From Candidatus Brocadiia bacterium (GTDB lineage Bacteria; Planctomycetota; Brocadiia; SM23-32), in NCBI GenBank assembly GCA_046538485.1, contig JBKHIT010000014.1, forward strand, positions 1-64,000: DNA of 64,000 nucleotides. Direction: 5' to 3'. The notes below the pieces were generated by a model, which worked only from the letters and a program-made list of their open reading frames with translations, made no database searches and had not been told where the DNA came from. A program made the translations under genes and the position numbers. Below are positions 31,030 to 39,705 of this stretch, piece after piece. Positions within the stretch are counted from its first letter, which is position 1. Every line of letters starts with the position of its first letter.

Positions 31030-31390
31030 TTAACAGGTAATTATCTCGGTGGAAGGTCCGCCGTCGGCGGTGACGATTGTTTCTGTCTCTGCGGCTTCCG
31101 GACGCTGGCTGTCTTCGGACTGAGCCCAGTCGTCGGCCTTTTCACGGGGGGCCATGATGAGCCCGCCGACCAGAGCCGTGAAAGGCGCAACGGTCACCAG
31201 ACCGAAACTACCCACAAGCGTCCGCAGGATCTCGGGCGCCACATAAACCATATTGAGGGTATTTGAGAGGGGAACGCCGCGGGCCATGAACGACATCATG
31301 AGGGTGATGTACCCCCCGGAATAGGCCAACAGGAGCGTTGTGGTCATGGTTCCCACTACCGCCCGCCCGACGTTGATGCCGGATCCCGGG
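31030..31390 (-). pseudogene. 5'-truncated YibE/F family membrane protein
   Basis: [44 protein letters not shown] is the YibE/F C-terminus. The N-terminal two-thirds is missing. Confidence 0.75.
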
Positions 31391-31573
31391 ATCTGCGACC
31401 CTTCCACCCCGGCTCGACTTTCGGCATATAAGATGTTGTCGGATGAACGTTAGCTGGTTTTGCGGCACCTGCGAGACATCTGTTAATCTGTGCTCAGAGG
31501 AGATTCAGCGCCCGTACCTGGCACGGGCTGTTCGATCTCTCGAAGGGTACGGATGCGCGGGGAGACAACAATC

Positions 31574-31616
31574 TTGATTTCATAGGCTTATCGGAGTAGA
31601 TTTTTATTGGAAGGAG
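31574..31616 (+). promoter_or_regulatory. Putative promoter and RBS of the GH116 gene
   Basis: TTGATT-17 bp-TAGATT, followed by AAGGAG at 31611-31616. Confidence 0.5.
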
Positions 31617-31622
31617 ATAAAT

Positions 31623-34037
31623 ATGACGAGATACGAAGGTGAACGGCTCAACCGCGTCGCATTTCCTATGGGCGGAATCGGTGCGGGCATGATCTGTCTG
31701 GAGGGAACGGGCGGTTTATCCCATGTTTCCGTCCGCCACGAACCGGAGATTTTCAACGAACCATACACCTACGCGGCAATCTGTGTGAAAGGTGAGAAAA
31801 ACACCGCGCGACTGCTGGAAGGTCCACTACCCGACGTGAAAAAGTTTGGTTTCCCGGGCGCAGGCAACGGGGCCGGCGACCGCGACTACGGTTTGCCGCG
31901 CTTCCACCGGGCCGCTTTCGAAACCCGTTTCCCCTTCAGCACCGTCCAGCTGGCCGACGATAATATTCCCCTGGATGTAGAACTGACCGGATGGAGCCCT
32001 TTCATCCCCGGCAATGCCGACGATAGCAGTCTGCCCGTCGCCGGACTTGAATATACCTTCACGAATAATACAAACAAGGTGGTCGAGAGCGTTTTTTCGT
32101 TCAACAGCCGGAATGTGATGGCGACCGGCAAGGATGGATCTTCCGTTCGGAGGACCGATAACGGTTTCGTTATGGAACAGGCTTCCAGCGAGGATCGTCC
32201 GTGGGACCAAGGAAGCCTCTTGGTGACCGTGGATGCTGAGGATGTGGGCGTAGACTGCTCCTGGTTCCGGGGGGAATGGTTTGATGCGCAGACGGTTGCC
32301 TGGGAGCAGGTGGCATCCGGCGAAGTGTTCGACCAGGACCCTCCCGCCGACGGGGCCCCAAGCCCGGGTGCCAGCCTTTATGTGCCTCTCACCCTTGAAG
32401 CCGGTGAATCGCGGACGGTCAACCTGCGATTGGCCTGGTACGTGCCGCGCTCAAACGTGCATGCGGGCGGCGGAAACTGCAGTTGTGAATCGGTGGAGTC
32501 GGAAGAATGTGATTGCTACACATCCTGGTATTCGCGAGCCTTCGACTCCATCGGCGATCTCGAAGAATACTGGTCGGCCGAATATGACCGCATGCGTATC
32601 GAGACGAAACAGTTTACGGATTGTTTTTACGACACGACGCTTCCGGAGGAGGTTGTGGAAGCCGTCGCCGCCAATCTGACGATCCTTAAATCCCCCACCG
32701 TCCTGCGTCAACAAGACGGGCGGATCTGGGCCTGGGAAGGATGTTGTGATAGCTCGGGATGCTGCCACGGCACCTGCACGCACGTGTGGGATTACGCGCA
32801 GGCGCTGCCGCATCTGTTCCCCGAGCTGGAACGATCGATGCGATGGACCGATTTCCACGAGAGCCAGGATGAAAATGGGCATCAGGCTTTCCGCACTCCG
32901 TTGCCGATCCGCGAGATGGGGCCGGATGAACACAATGGGTCGGCTGCGGCTGATGGACAGCTCGGCGGCATCATGCGGGTCTACCGCGAGTGGCGAATCA
33001 GCGGAGACAAACAGTGGCTGACTCAGATGTGGCCGCGGGCGAAGAAAGCCATGGATTACTGCATCGAGACGTGGGATCCGGATCGCGAAGGCGTGCTGCG
33101 GGAACCGCATCACAACACCTACGATATCGAGTTCTGGGGGCCTGACGGCATGTGCGGCAGTTTCTACGTCGGCGCGCTGGTTGCCACCGCGCGTATGGCA
33201 CGAGAACTGGGCGAAGATGCTGCGGAATACGAAGAATTGGCCGATAAGGCGCGGGATTTCCTCGAAGAAGATCTCTTCAACGGCGAGTACTTCTACCAGA
33301 AGGTCCAGTGGAAAGACCTCCACGCCCCGCGTCCGGATGAGGCGGAGGAAGCGGGCGACAATTATTCACCGGAAGCGCTGGCCCTTTTGCAGGAGGAAGG
33401 TCCGAAATATCAGTACGGCACGGGATGTCTCTCGGATGGTGTGCTCGGAGCATGGCAGGGTCTGGCGTGCGGGTTGGGGGATATCCTGGATCGCGAGAAA
33501 GTCGAAAAACATCTGGTCTCCGTTTACCGCCACAACCTCAAATCGGATCTTTCCGATCACGCCAACCCCCAACGTCCGACGTTTGCTCTGGGAGATGAGG
33601 GCGGATTGTTGCTCTGTTCCTGGCCGCACGGGGGAAAACCAACATTGCCGTTTGTCTACAGCGACGAGGTATGGACCGGTATCGAATACCAGGTGGCCTC
33701 GCATCTGATGATGCTGGGACGGGTGGAGGAAGGGCTGGAGATCGTGCGCACGTGCCGGGACCGCTACGATGGAACGGTTCGAAATCCCTTTAATGAATAT
33801 GAATGCGGACACTGGTACGCACGCGCGATGGCGTCGTATGCGATGTTGCAGGGGCTATCCGGTGCCCGCTACGATGCTGTGGAGCGGGTGTTGTATTTGA
33901 ATCCGTCAATTGAAGGCGATTTCCGCGCTTTCCTGTGCACAGAGACGGGTTATGGAACGGTGGGGATTGAGGACGGTGAACCGTTCATCGAAGTGCGAAG
34001 CGGCGAGATTGAGATCGAGCGGATTGTGCGGGGCTAA
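31623..34037 (+). CDS. GH116 glycoside hydrolase (non-lysosomal glucosylceramidase-like)
   Basis: Motifs FPMGGIGAG, WSPFIPGNADDSSLP, WEG..GTCTHVW, HNTYD, EVWTG and EYECGHWYARAMASY. Confidence 0.93.
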   Translation: MTRYEGERLNRVAFPMGGIGAGMICLEGTGGLSHVSVRHEPEIFNEPYTYAAICVKGEKNTARLLEGPLPDVKKFGFPGAGNGAGDRDYGLPRFHRAAFETRFPFSTVQLADDNIPLDVELTGWSPFIPGNADDSSLPVAGLEYTFTNNTNKVVESVFSFNSRNVMATGKDGSSVRRTDNGFVMEQASSEDRPWDQGSLLVTVDAEDVGVDCSWFRGEWFDAQTVAWEQVASGEVFDQDPPADGAPSPGASLYVPLTLEAGESRTVNLRLAWYVPRSNVHAGGGNCSCESVESEECDCYTSWYSRAFDSIGDLEEYWSAEYDRMRIETKQFTDCFYDTTLPEEVVEAVAANLTILKSPTVLRQQDGRIWAWEGCCDSSGCCHGTCTHVWDYAQALPHLFPELERSMRWTDFHESQDENGHQAFRTPLPIREMGPDEHNGSAAADGQLGGIMRVYREWRISGDKQWLTQMWPRAKKAMDYCIETWDPDREGVLREPHHNTYDIEFWGPDGMCGSFYVGALVATARMARELGEDAAEYEELADKARDFLEEDLFNGEYFYQKVQWKDLHAPRPDEAEEAGDNYSPEALALLQEEGPKYQYGTGCLSDGVLGAWQGLACGLGDILDREKVEKHLVSVYRHNLKSDLSDHANPQRPTFALGDEGGLLLCSWPHGGKPTLPFVYSDEVWTGIEYQVASHLMMLGRVEEGLEIVRTCRDRYDGTVRNPFNEYECGHWYARAMASYAMLQGLSGARYDAVERVLYLNPSIEGDFRAFLCTETGYGTVGIEDGEPFIEVRSGEIEIERIVRG

Positions 34038-34057
34038 GCGGCCCCGAAACCCATTAT

Positions 34058-34306
34058 CGTGGGCTGAAGGCCCACCTAAATCCGCTCCCCAAATACCGTA
34101 TCAGGAGCGGACTGGACTTCAGCCTAAGGCTGGAGTTCAGAACGCGGACCTGCAGCTCTTGAGCATTGTCCGGACTCGCAACAACTCTCGGCTTGTGGAA
34201 ACTTTCCACAATATACCCCGGCCTCACGTATCCGGGAACAACGAAAACCTGAAGCCATCTATCCGGGCCTGAGGGCCCGGTCCACAGGCTGGAGAGCCTG
34301 TGCTAC
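34058..34306 (-). repeat. Repeat mosaic: H (34058-34077), B minus strand (34105-34146), C minus strand (34262-34306)
   Basis: Reverse complements of the B and C units seen on the plus strand elsewhere. Confidence 0.85.
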
Positions 34307-34597
34307 GTGCGTTTGCAGCATGGCGTATTGCAGTGACAGAACTGCCGGGAAAGCGCTTCTCAGGGCCAACGGCCCGGCAGATATCAGCCCGGGGGGAAGA
34401 GGGCTGAAGGTCCTCGGAGCCCCGGGTTAAGGCTCGGGGCAAGCTGTCTCCGAGGTCTCGCTCCCCACGTGTTCCGTCCCAGGAAATACTCGGTGCCCTG
34501 TTCCGGTTGATCTTCCACCAAACGCTTGATAGTATCCGGTTCCTATCGACGTTTGGCTTTCTGACGACTCGCTCCTCTTTTTGCCCGGTGGATAGCT

Positions 34598-35986
34598 ATG
34601 CCTGATCTCAATACAGATCGCCCGAATATTCTTTTCCTTCACACCGATCAACACCGGTTCGACTACATGGGTTGCGCCGGTGCGGATTTTCTGAACACTC
34701 CGAATCTCGATCGGCTTGCCGAGCGCGGGATCCGGTTCAATAACTGCATGACCAACTCCCCGCTCTGCGCTCCGGCGCGGATCGGGCTGGCGACCGGCAT
34801 GCAACCAGCCCGGGTCGGGTCACTGGGCAATGATTCTTTTGTCCCGCCGGATATGACGACCTACTACATGCGACTGCGCGATGCGGGATACAGAGTGGGG
34901 GCCGTGGGAAAATTGGATCTGGCCAAACCCGACAGTTTCAACGGACGTTACGGCGACCGACCGTGCGTCTACCAGTGGGGTTTTACCCATCCGGAGGAAA
35001 TCGAGGGGAAAGTGCATTCCCTGCACCAGGATACCCCCAACGGACCCTACGGTCTGTGGCTCAAAGAAAAAGGTATGTGGGAAGATTATCGCCAGGAAGC
35101 GGTAGATCACTGGCGCGAACCGGATCGCTGGATAACGCCTTCAGAACTGCCGACCGAAACCTTCCTGGACAGTTATCAGGGACAACGGGCGGTCGATTGG
35201 ATCAATAACATCGGCGAACGATTCCCCTGGCATCTGTTCGTCACGTTCTCCGGTCCTCACGTCCCGCACGATCCGCCCCGGGAGTTCGCCGATCGGTACG
35301 AAGGCAAACCGATGCCCGAGGCCGTGCCGATTCCCGAATGGGACGACCGTCCGAATCCATCAGAAACCAAACGCGATCCAGAATTTATCCAGCAATGCCG
35401 ACGGATGTACTGCGCGTACATCGAACTGATCGATCACTGGATCGGTCGAATCCTCAATGCGCTCGAACAACGGGGATGGCTGGACGATACCTACATTTTC
35501 TTCTCGTCCGACCACGGAGAGATGCTGGGCGATCTGGGCCGATACTCCAAGAAATATCCGTATGAACCGTCTTTGCACGTGCCGCTGTTGGCCTCGGGAC
35601 CGGGAATCCCCCAGGGCAAAACATCAGATGCTCTGGTCGAGACGATCGATCTGAACCCGACGATCTGCGAGCTGGCCGGTCTGCACCGTCAACCCAACAT
35701 CGATGCCAGATCGCTGTGTGAAACCCTGGTCGAGCCAGCGCAAAAACACCGGGATGAAACCGTGTCGGTTATCCGCAAATGGCAGTGCGTGCGGACCGAC
35801 CGCTACAAACTGGTCCATAATTTCAATACTTTCGATGAACTCTACGATCTACACGAGGATCCGGGTGAACAGCGCAATATTTACGAGGAGATGGCCGAGA
35901 AAGATCCCGACCTGATCCGGGACCTCCGCCGTCGGATAGGACAACGACATGGGGGAGCCAGCCCCTACGGCCAGCCGCGGGGGTAG
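34598..35986 (+). CDS. Cys-type (formylglycine-dependent) sulfatase
   Basis: Motifs PNILFLHTDQ, CAPAR (CxPxR), GKLD, GPHVP and SDHG. No signal peptide. Confidence 0.93.
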   Translation: MPDLNTDRPNILFLHTDQHRFDYMGCAGADFLNTPNLDRLAERGIRFNNCMTNSPLCAPARIGLATGMQPARVGSLGNDSFVPPDMTTYYMRLRDAGYRVGAVGKLDLAKPDSFNGRYGDRPCVYQWGFTHPEEIEGKVHSLHQDTPNGPYGLWLKEKGMWEDYRQEAVDHWREPDRWITPSELPTETFLDSYQGQRAVDWINNIGERFPWHLFVTFSGPHVPHDPPREFADRYEGKPMPEAVPIPEWDDRPNPSETKRDPEFIQQCRRMYCAYIELIDHWIGRILNALEQRGWLDDTYIFFSSDHGEMLGDLGRYSKKYPYEPSLHVPLLASGPGIPQGKTSDALVETIDLNPTICELAGLHRQPNIDARSLCETLVEPAQKHRDETVSVIRKWQCVRTDRYKLVHNFNTFDELYDLHEDPGEQRNIYEEMAEKDPDLIRDLRRRIGQRHGGASPYGQPRG

Positions 35987-36077
35987 AAGAACCTGCGGGA
36001 TGATGGGCCTGGATCAACGCGTCATGGCAAGAAGAATCCCAGAGTCCCCGGAATGATACGGAAACTTTCTGCTGGAG

Positions 36078-37595
36078 TTGGTTATGTCGGGATGTGAATA
36101 CAGATTGCCGGGATGGGCCATCGCGGATCGCCCTCTTCGGTGGGGGACCGGCCGGTTGGCGATTGTCCTCACAGTATCCTTCATGTTTTGCGTTTTCTGT
36201 GTTCCGTTACGGGCGGGGGAGAGCGCCGAGAAGAAACCAATCCCCGTCATTTTCGATACCGATATCGGCGAGGATATCGACGATCTCTGGGCGCTGGTCT
36301 ACCTGGTGCGTTCCCCGGAGATCGACGTCAAACTCATCACCACCGGTTTCACGCTGCCGGTCAAGAAAGCGAAGATCGTCGCCAAAACGCTCGGTCGGAT
36401 AGGCCGAACGGATATCCCCGTCGGGGCTGGGGTCGGACGCCGAGACTATAACACGAATTACCGACCCTGGGTCGATGATTTTGACCTGAAAGACTACAAG
36501 GGGAAAGTCTACAAAGACGGTGTGGGAAAGCTTATTGAGACCGTCTATGCCGACAAAAGCGGACGGCTCAAGATAATCGCCGTCGGGCCGATGCAGACAC
36601 TCGCCGGGGTGCTGAAGCGCGATCCGTCCATCGCAAAAAAAGCGGAGTTGATCGCGATGGCCGGGAATTTCAGCCATCTGGACAAGAAAGATTCGGCTAA
36701 ATTGCGCGCGGAAAGCAACGTAAGATGCAAAATCCCAGAAGCGCAAAAAGTCTTCGCGGCAAACTGGAAAAAGATCCTCGTTGCGCCCGCCGAATCGTCC
36801 CGAAGAGTTCAGCTCTTCGACGAACGCTACAAACACGTGCGCCACAGTGATGATCCCGGAGCGAAGACGATCATGGAGGTGTATGATCTCTGGGAAGAAA
36901 ACGCCAATTGGGCAAATTATGATACGAAAACTCAAAGTTCGCATTTGTACGATACCATGGCCGTCCACATGGCATGGAACACTTCACCGTTCAAAATCGA
37001 GCCTCTGCTCATGCGAGTTACTGACAGGGGGCACACGGTCGTCGAGAAGGAAAAGGGCCACCGCGTGTTTGTGGCCCGAAAATGGGTTGATGACGACGAA
37101 CTGCGGCACTTCAAGACCGAACTCGTCCGACGGATTGCCGGTTCGCTTCCCCGAACCGGAGTTCGGCTCGGGGTGGCCGATGCCACTGCCAGCGTGAACC
37201 AGGAACAGGCCCGCAAAGTTCTCACCGGGGGAAAACTGCATCGTCAGAACAAAGCATGGTCGGCCAGGAGAACCGACAAAAAATCGCAGTGGTTCCAGCT
37301 TGAGCTGAGTCAGCTCGCCGAGGTGCGGATGCTTAAGGTTGCCTTCGCCCATGGACGGCGCTGGCCGGAAAAAGTCGAGATCCGCACCTCCACCGATGGC
37401 AACCGGTGGCAGACGTTGTTGGATACGGTCAACAAGACGAAGACAAGTAAGTTCAAATCGTATAAGCTCAAACCGACTCGGGCTAAATACATCCGGGTGG
37501 TGGTCAAGGGGCACGGGACATGGCACGCGACGATTGTCAAAGGCGTGCGGGTGTACGGTCTTCGAGCGGAAAGACCACAAAAAACCGGCCGGTGA
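36078..37595 (+). CDS. Nucleoside hydrolase (IUNH) with signal peptide and C-terminal discoidin/F5/8C (CBM32-like) domain
   Basis: Motifs DTDIGEDIDD, AVGPM, ESNV and LYD. C-terminal QWFQLEL..STDGNRW..AKYIRV. Confidence 0.85.
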   Translation: MVMSGCEYRLPGWAIADRPLRWGTGRLAIVLTVSFMFCVFCVPLRAGESAEKKPIPVIFDTDIGEDIDDLWALVYLVRSPEIDVKLITTGFTLPVKKAKIVAKTLGRIGRTDIPVGAGVGRRDYNTNYRPWVDDFDLKDYKGKVYKDGVGKLIETVYADKSGRLKIIAVGPMQTLAGVLKRDPSIAKKAELIAMAGNFSHLDKKDSAKLRAESNVRCKIPEAQKVFAANWKKILVAPAESSRRVQLFDERYKHVRHSDDPGAKTIMEVYDLWEENANWANYDTKTQSSHLYDTMAVHMAWNTSPFKIEPLLMRVTDRGHTVVEKEKGHRVFVARKWVDDDELRHFKTELVRRIAGSLPRTGVRLGVADATASVNQEQARKVLTGGKLHRQNKAWSARRTDKKSQWFQLELSQLAEVRMLKVAFAHGRRWPEKVEIRTSTDGNRWQTLLDTVNKTKTSKFKSYKLKPTRAKYIRVVVKGHGTWHATIVKGVRVYGLRAERPQKTGR

Positions 37596-37628
37596 GTCCA
37601 AATGATCAAGAAACTGGATAGTGATACT

Positions 37629-39011
37629 ATGAAAAGAAAAACAAACGGGCCGGAACGTGAGACTCCCCCGAACCTTTTGTTCGTTTTCGCGGACCAGCTC
37701 GGGGCGGCGTACATGGGGTGTTACGGGCATCCGCAGGTGCAGACGCCTAATCTGGACCGCTTGGCCGGGGAGTCTGTGTTCTTCCGAAACGCCTACGCTG
37801 CAACGCCTTTGTGCACGCCTTTCCGCGGCACGCTGTTTACGGGGAGATACCCGGTGCAGACGGGAATCTGGCGCAACAGCTACCGTATCCCGGTTTCGGA
37901 AACCACGCTGGCGGAACTGTTCAATGAGGCCGGTTACGCGACGAGTTATGTGGGCAAATGGCATCTGGCGGGACCACCCCGCAAGACGTGGGTGCCGCCG
38001 ATTGAACGGGCCGGGTTCCAGGATTTCGTCGGCTGGGACTGTGGACACGTGCGGCATATCAACCAGGAGTATTTCGATGGCGACGATCCTGAAATCCTGA
38101 AGATGCCCGGACATGAAACCGATGCGATGACCGACATCGCTCGGGAGCGGCTTCGCCGGTGTGCCGAAGGTGAAAATCCATTTTGCATGTTCGTATCCTA
38201 CCAGGCGCCGCATCCATTCTGTGAGCCGCCGGATGAATACCTCGATTTGTACCGGGATCGTTCGCTTTCGTATCGACCGACCGTCGACCACGATGCCCGC
38301 TTCACGGGCTACGGCGAAGAATCCGCCGAGATGCCTGTCAGGGAATGGACCGAGCGGTATTTTGGCGAGATCAGCCATCTCGATGCCGCCATCGGGCGTC
38401 TGCTCGGGGAACTCGAGGGTCTGGGATTCGCCGACGACACCGTGGTTGTGTTTTCATCGGATCACGGGGACATGGGCGGTTGCCGCGGATTGTTCGAGAA
38501 AGCTGTACCGTACGAGGAGGCAAGCTGGATCCCTCTGATTGTGAGGTTGCCGGGACAGGAGAAGGGCCGCGAGACGGACGCGCTGTTTTCATCTGTCGAC
38601 TTTTTGCCGACACTTCTCGGTCTGTGTGAATTGCCACCGGCCGGGTCAGCGGAAGGCGTCGATTATGCTCCTTTGCTGCGTTCGGAGAGTGATGCTGAAA
38701 GACGCGAGCATTTAATCATGCAGCTTGAGGACTGGTCCTGCATTCGGTCCGGGGATATTAAACTGACGCTTGATCCTGAAGGGACAATCCCGCGGGAGCT
38801 TTATCGTCTGAGCGACGACCCGTTCGAGCAGACCAATCTCGTCGCAGAAGCCGAAGAGCAGCGAACCGTCGAAGAGCTTCAGGAAACTTACGTGAGCTGG
38901 CTGGAGGATGCCCGGACCCGCGTCGGGAACGTCGCAGAGGCGTCCATGGTGTCGCCGGCGCTACGTGAATCAGATGCCGACGCACAAGGCGGCGGGAACA
39001 AGACAATCTGA
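37629..39011 (+). CDS. Cys-type sulfatase
   Basis: Motifs PNLLFVFADQ, CTPFR, GKWHL, APH and SDHG. ORF runs from 37602. Confidence 0.93.
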   Translation: MKRKTNGPERETPPNLLFVFADQLGAAYMGCYGHPQVQTPNLDRLAGESVFFRNAYAATPLCTPFRGTLFTGRYPVQTGIWRNSYRIPVSETTLAELFNEAGYATSYVGKWHLAGPPRKTWVPPIERAGFQDFVGWDCGHVRHINQEYFDGDDPEILKMPGHETDAMTDIARERLRRCAEGENPFCMFVSYQAPHPFCEPPDEYLDLYRDRSLSYRPTVDHDARFTGYGEESAEMPVREWTERYFGEISHLDAAIGRLLGELEGLGFADDTVVVFSSDHGDMGGCRGLFEKAVPYEEASWIPLIVRLPGQEKGRETDALFSSVDFLPTLLGLCELPPAGSAEGVDYAPLLRSESDAERREHLIMQLEDWSCIRSGDIKLTLDPEGTIPRELYRLSDDPFEQTNLVAEAEEQRTVEELQETYVSWLEDARTRVGNVAEASMVSPALRESDADAQGGGNKTI

Positions 39012-39127
39012 GGAGAGGACGATACCCGGCGCACGGCAGGGACCGACGCTCCCGGCTGGCCCCGTGAAGAGTAAAAGGAGCCATTTGCGTTGATCAGAAA
39101 TGCTGGAGTTGTTGAGAAGATGGTTTA

Positions 39128-39179
39128 GCCTCAAGTCCAGTTTCGCCCGCCGTTGGCAGGCTCAGCTGAACTCGAGTCT
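39128..39179 (-). repeat. Repeat family E core, minus strand
   Basis: gcctcaagtcc..ttcgcccgccgttggcaggctcagctgaactcgagtct is the reverse complement of the E core at 18408-18459. Confidence 0.8.
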
Positions 39180-39289
39180 GCAGGATACGCGGTCGAGAAG
39201 CGGGGCCTGAATGCTTGAACGGGACCGTTGCAGAGGGTAAGCTCTGTATAAAGTTGCCTGTTTGATTCTGAGAAGAATAGGAGGACATT

Positions 39290-39640
39290 ATGTCTGATCT
39301 GGTTCGAGTGTCTCCAGAAGAGGCCGGTCGTGCTTGTGCCTGGTGCGGGAAGACTATAGCGGACAACACGCCGGTCTTCGGTATGGGCGGCAAATTGAGG
39401 CCTGGCGCCGATCTGTCTGAGTTTGAGGGAGCCGGTGTTCGCATGGAACTCGTTACTGAAGACCGTAGCGTTATTGCTATTGTGCCACCACCGGACTCCG
39501 ACGCTGCAAGGGATGGCTACGATTTCATGTTCATGGTTTGCTCGGAAGCCTGTGGGGCAGAACTGAAGCGCACATTGGATGCCGAACGAGAGCTGGGGGA
39601 TGCGCTTTTTGAGAAGGTCAATAGAATAGAAGGTAACTGA
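39290..39640 (+). CDS. Small hypothetical protein with CxxC...CSxxC putative Zn-binding motif
   Basis: 116 aa, strong AGGAGG RBS, motifs CAWC and CSEAC. Confidence 0.75.
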   Translation: MSDLVRVSPEEAGRACAWCGKTIADNTPVFGMGGKLRPGADLSEFEGAGVRMELVTEDRSVIAIVPPPDSDAARDGYDFMFMVCSEACGAELKRTLDAERELGDALFEKVNRIEGN

Positions 39641-39705
39641 GAACTCCCAACCAGCGGAAGAACGCCAAAGAAGGTTACAAACGTTGGCGGGCAGTTGCCG
39701 GGGAC

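Noticed and set aside
1344..34146. Family B/C repeats as a CRISPR array
   Set aside because: Copies are dispersed over kilobases in both orientations, with no regular spacers and no cas genes.
39645..39690. attC integron site after the small Zn-finger gene (CCCAAC...GTTGGC)
   Set aside because: It spans only about 42 bp, the R boxes are imperfect, and there are no L boxes or integrase.
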